Source: Candidatus Desulfatifera sulfidica
GTDB taxonomy: Bacteria; Desulfobacterota; Desulfobulbia; Desulfobulbales; Desulfocapsaceae
Direction of reading: 5' to 3'
DNA: 64,000 nt
NCBI GenBank assembly: GCA_014381505.1
Contig: JACNLK010000033.1
Coordinates: 4,583 to 68,582, forward strand
A program made the translations under genes and the position numbers. A model generated the notes under the pieces. It saw only the letters and a list, made by a program, of their open reading frames with translations, did no database searches and was not told where the DNA came from. Each line of letters opens with the position of its first letter. Within the stretch, counting starts at the first letter, position 1. Positions 61,915 to 64,000 of the stretch are shown piece by piece.

Positions 61915-63691
61915 TTTCTTCCATCCAGCCCTGATTATGATCATCGGGGCCATACTCCTGCCTTTGGTCAGAGGACCGTTCAGAAAGCCGTTTCTTTTTC
62001 TGATCCCGGCTCTCACTCTGCTCAATGTGGTCTACCTCAGTTTTAACCCAGGTACTTATGGCGTCGTCCAGTTTATGGACTGGCAGCTGACCTTTGGTCG
62101 AGTGGATAGCCTCTCCATGGTTTTCGCCTTCATCATGGCGTTGATGGCTGTTATCGGTACCATCTACGGCATGCATGTTGAAGACGAATGGCAGCACGTA
62201 GCTGCCTGGTTTTATGTGGCAGGATCACTTGGTGTTATCTATTCCGGCGACTACCTGGTCCTGTTTCTCTTCTGGGAAATGATGGCTTTTGCCTCTACTT
62301 TCCTCATCTGGTTTAACCAGGAAGAGGGGTCGACGGCTGCAGGCTTTCGTTACATCCTGGTCCACACCTTTGGCGGGGTCGTTCTCTTACTGGGATTTGT
62401 CCTCCGCTACCAGGCCACTGGTGACCTGAGTTTCTCCCAGATGGATGTTGATAATCCACAACTCTACACCTGGCTGATCATGATCGGCCTGATGCTCAAC
62501 GCAGCTGTTCCACCTCTGCACTCATGGTTGCCAGATGCGTATTCCAAGGCCACCATCGCAGGTTCTGTTTTTATGTGTGCCTTCACAACCAAGACGGCCG
62601 TCTATACACTGGCTCGCTCCTGTGCAGGCTTTGATGTCCTGATCGTGCTTGGTGTGATCATGACCATCTACGGTATCATCTATGCCCTCATGGAAAATGA
62701 CGTACGTCGCCTCCTTGGTTGGGAGATCGTCTCTCAGGTGGGCTACATGGTCGCGGGAGTTGGTATCGGAACAGCCCTGGCAATCAACGGCACAGCGGCC
62801 CATGCCTTTGCACACATTTTGTATAAAGGACTCCTGTTCATGGCAGCCGGCGCAGTTATTCATGCCACCGGCAAATCCAAATTCACTGAACTCGGTGGTC
62901 TCTATAAGAAGATGCCTGTGACCCTGATCTTTCTGCTCATTGGATCTCTCTCGGTTTCAGCCTTCCCTTTCCTGTCAGGTTTTGTCTCAAAGTCGATCAT
63001 CATCTCGGCAGCATTTGAGTCACACATCCTCTGGGCAGCCTTCCTGCTCACTGTAGTCTCTGCTGGTACCTTTCTGGTAGCAGGATTACGACTCCCCTGG
63101 CTCCTCTTTTTCGGCGAGAGTCGCTGTTCAGAAGAAACCATGGAGAAGGCCTGCGATCCACCATGGAACATGCAGCTGGCCATGACCATTGCTGGTTTCC
63201 TTTGTATTCTGATCGGAAGCTATACGCCATTTCTCTACAACATGCTGCCTAATCCAGAGCTCGTCTATCATCCTTACACAAGCTACCACTTAAGCGAAAC
63301 TCTTCAGATTCTGGCCCTGACCGGACTTGGTTTCTTCTGGCTACGTAAATACATCCAAGCACGGGACACCATCAGTCTCGATCTGGACTGGTTCTACCGC
63401 AAGGGTGGCCAAGGATTTCTCTGGCTCTCCAAAAACCCCCTGCAGTGGTTTGACACCGCCTGGGGCAAGGCCTACCGCGTCGTTGGCCTGAGCTCACTCA
63501 TGACCACCTCCAAATTCTGGTCCTGGTTTGACTGGCACGCCATTGATGGCATCGTCGACGGTATCGCCCGTTGCGTATTGGCCATGGGCCGCCGGATTAG
63601 CTTAGTCCTCCAGCGAGGCCAAATCCAGCAGACTATTTATTACACACTGTCCTTTGCAGCCGTGTTGCTCATTTCCTACGTCTGGTTTTAA
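61904..63691 (+). CDS. nuoL: NuoL-like antiporter subunit (divergent core, NuoL-type C-terminal lateral helix)
   Basis: ATG 61904 follows GGGAGGA. The core has 'PLHSWLPDAYSKATIAGSVFMCAFTTKTAVY' and the unusual 'LLGWEIVSQVGYM'. The C-terminus 'LDLDWFYRKG...FDWHAIDGIVDGIARCVLAMGRRISLVLQRGQIQQTIYYTLSFAAVLL' parallels the NuoL HL helix plus last TM. Confidence 0.75.
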   Translation: MTSSFFHPALIMIIGAILLPLVRGPFRKPFLFLIPALTLLNVVYLSFNPGTYGVVQFMDWQLTFGRVDSLSMVFAFIMALMAVIGTIYGMHVEDEWQHVAAWFYVAGSLGVIYSGDYLVLFLFWEMMAFASTFLIWFNQEEGSTAAGFRYILVHTFGGVVLLLGFVLRYQATGDLSFSQMDVDNPQLYTWLIMIGLMLNAAVPPLHSWLPDAYSKATIAGSVFMCAFTTKTAVYTLARSCAGFDVLIVLGVIMTIYGIIYALMENDVRRLLGWEIVSQVGYMVAGVGIGTALAINGTAAHAFAHILYKGLLFMAAGAVIHATGKSKFTELGGLYKKMPVTLIFLLIGSLSVSAFPFLSGFVSKSIIISAAFESHILWAAFLLTVVSAGTFLVAGLRLPWLLFFGESRCSEETMEKACDPPWNMQLAMTIAGFLCILIGSYTPFLYNMLPNPELVYHPYTSYHLSETLQILALTGLGFFWLRKYIQARDTISLDLDWFYRKGGQGFLWLSKNPLQWFDTAWGKAYRVVGLSSLMTTSKFWSWFDWHAIDGIVDGIARCVLAMGRRISLVLQRGQIQQTIYYTLSFAAVLLISYVWF

Positions 63692-63717
63692 CCCCTGATT
63701 TCGAGGACCACTGAAGA

Positions 63718-64000
63718 ATGGACCAATTACTTATACATCCCGATTACCCACGCATCCTGAGTACTCTGATTTTCCTGCCTCTGGCAGGTGCTCTGGTTTT
63801 GCTCTTCGTCAAGAAGGAATCGTTTGCTCGCTTCTGGGCCTTAGGCGTCACCATCCTGACGGCACTCCTTTCATTACCGTTGGTCAGTAATTTTGACACA
63901 ACTACAGCCAAGTTCCAGTTTGCCGAACAATCCATGTGGATCAAGAGTCTCAATATCCAGTATGTCCTGGGAATTGACGGTATCTCTATCCTCCTGGTCA
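63718..64000 (+). CDS. nuoM: NADH-quinone oxidoreductase subunit M (5' part, runs off window end)
   Basis: This ORF is not in the ORF track because no stop is reached. ATG 63718 gives 'MDQLLIHPDYPRILSTLIFLPLAGALVLLF...QYVLGIDGISILLV', the typical NuoM N-terminus. Confidence 0.8.
   Translation, partial: MDQLLIHPDYPRILSTLIFLPLAGALVLLFVKKESFARFWALGVTILTALLSLPLVSNFDTTTAKFQFAEQSMWIKSLNIQYVLGIDGISILLV

Overview
This is a dense chromosomal window with about 60 CDS and one tRNA. It comes from a Gram-negative bacterium, shown by the Lol, TamAB and lipoprotein genes. The organism is probably an anaerobe of the Desulfobacterota or deltaproteobacterial type. That guess is inference only, based on an EFG-less nuo operon, a rubrerythrin/PerR locus and SelB. 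Most of the window is housekeeping: pdxA, tmk, ftsY, der, lysS, asnS, lolCD, leuB, hisD, hisB, argC, truA, rplM-rpsI, tRNA-Gly(GCC), rsmG, rlmD, ubiE and several aminotransferases. Four regions stand out. (1) 55.2-64.0 kb holds a complex-I-type operon nuoABCD-HIJK with no nuoEFG. An additional MrpD-like antiporter subunit and an 83-aa membrane ORF sit between nuoK and a divergent nuoL, and nuoM starts at the window edge. (2) 22.6-27.1 kb is a decayed accessory patch. It contains a phage terminase remnant, a frameshifted and internally deleted rubrerythrin, an intact perR-like gene plus katG behind an AT-rich triple-hexamer palindrome, and an ISL3 transposase fragment. A TetR + DUF1566 gene pair follows it. 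(3) 10.7-13.4 kb carries a marR-ablA-ablB cluster (lysine 2,3-aminomutase plus beta-lysine acetyltransferase, the N-epsilon-acetyl-beta-lysine osmolyte pathway). (4) 10.47-10.60 kb is a ~130-nt long imperfect palindrome that may be a MITE or a bidirectional terminator. I saw no CRISPR array, rRNA, intact mobile element or obvious defence system. All functional calls rest on motif recognition by eye, and no database search was possible.
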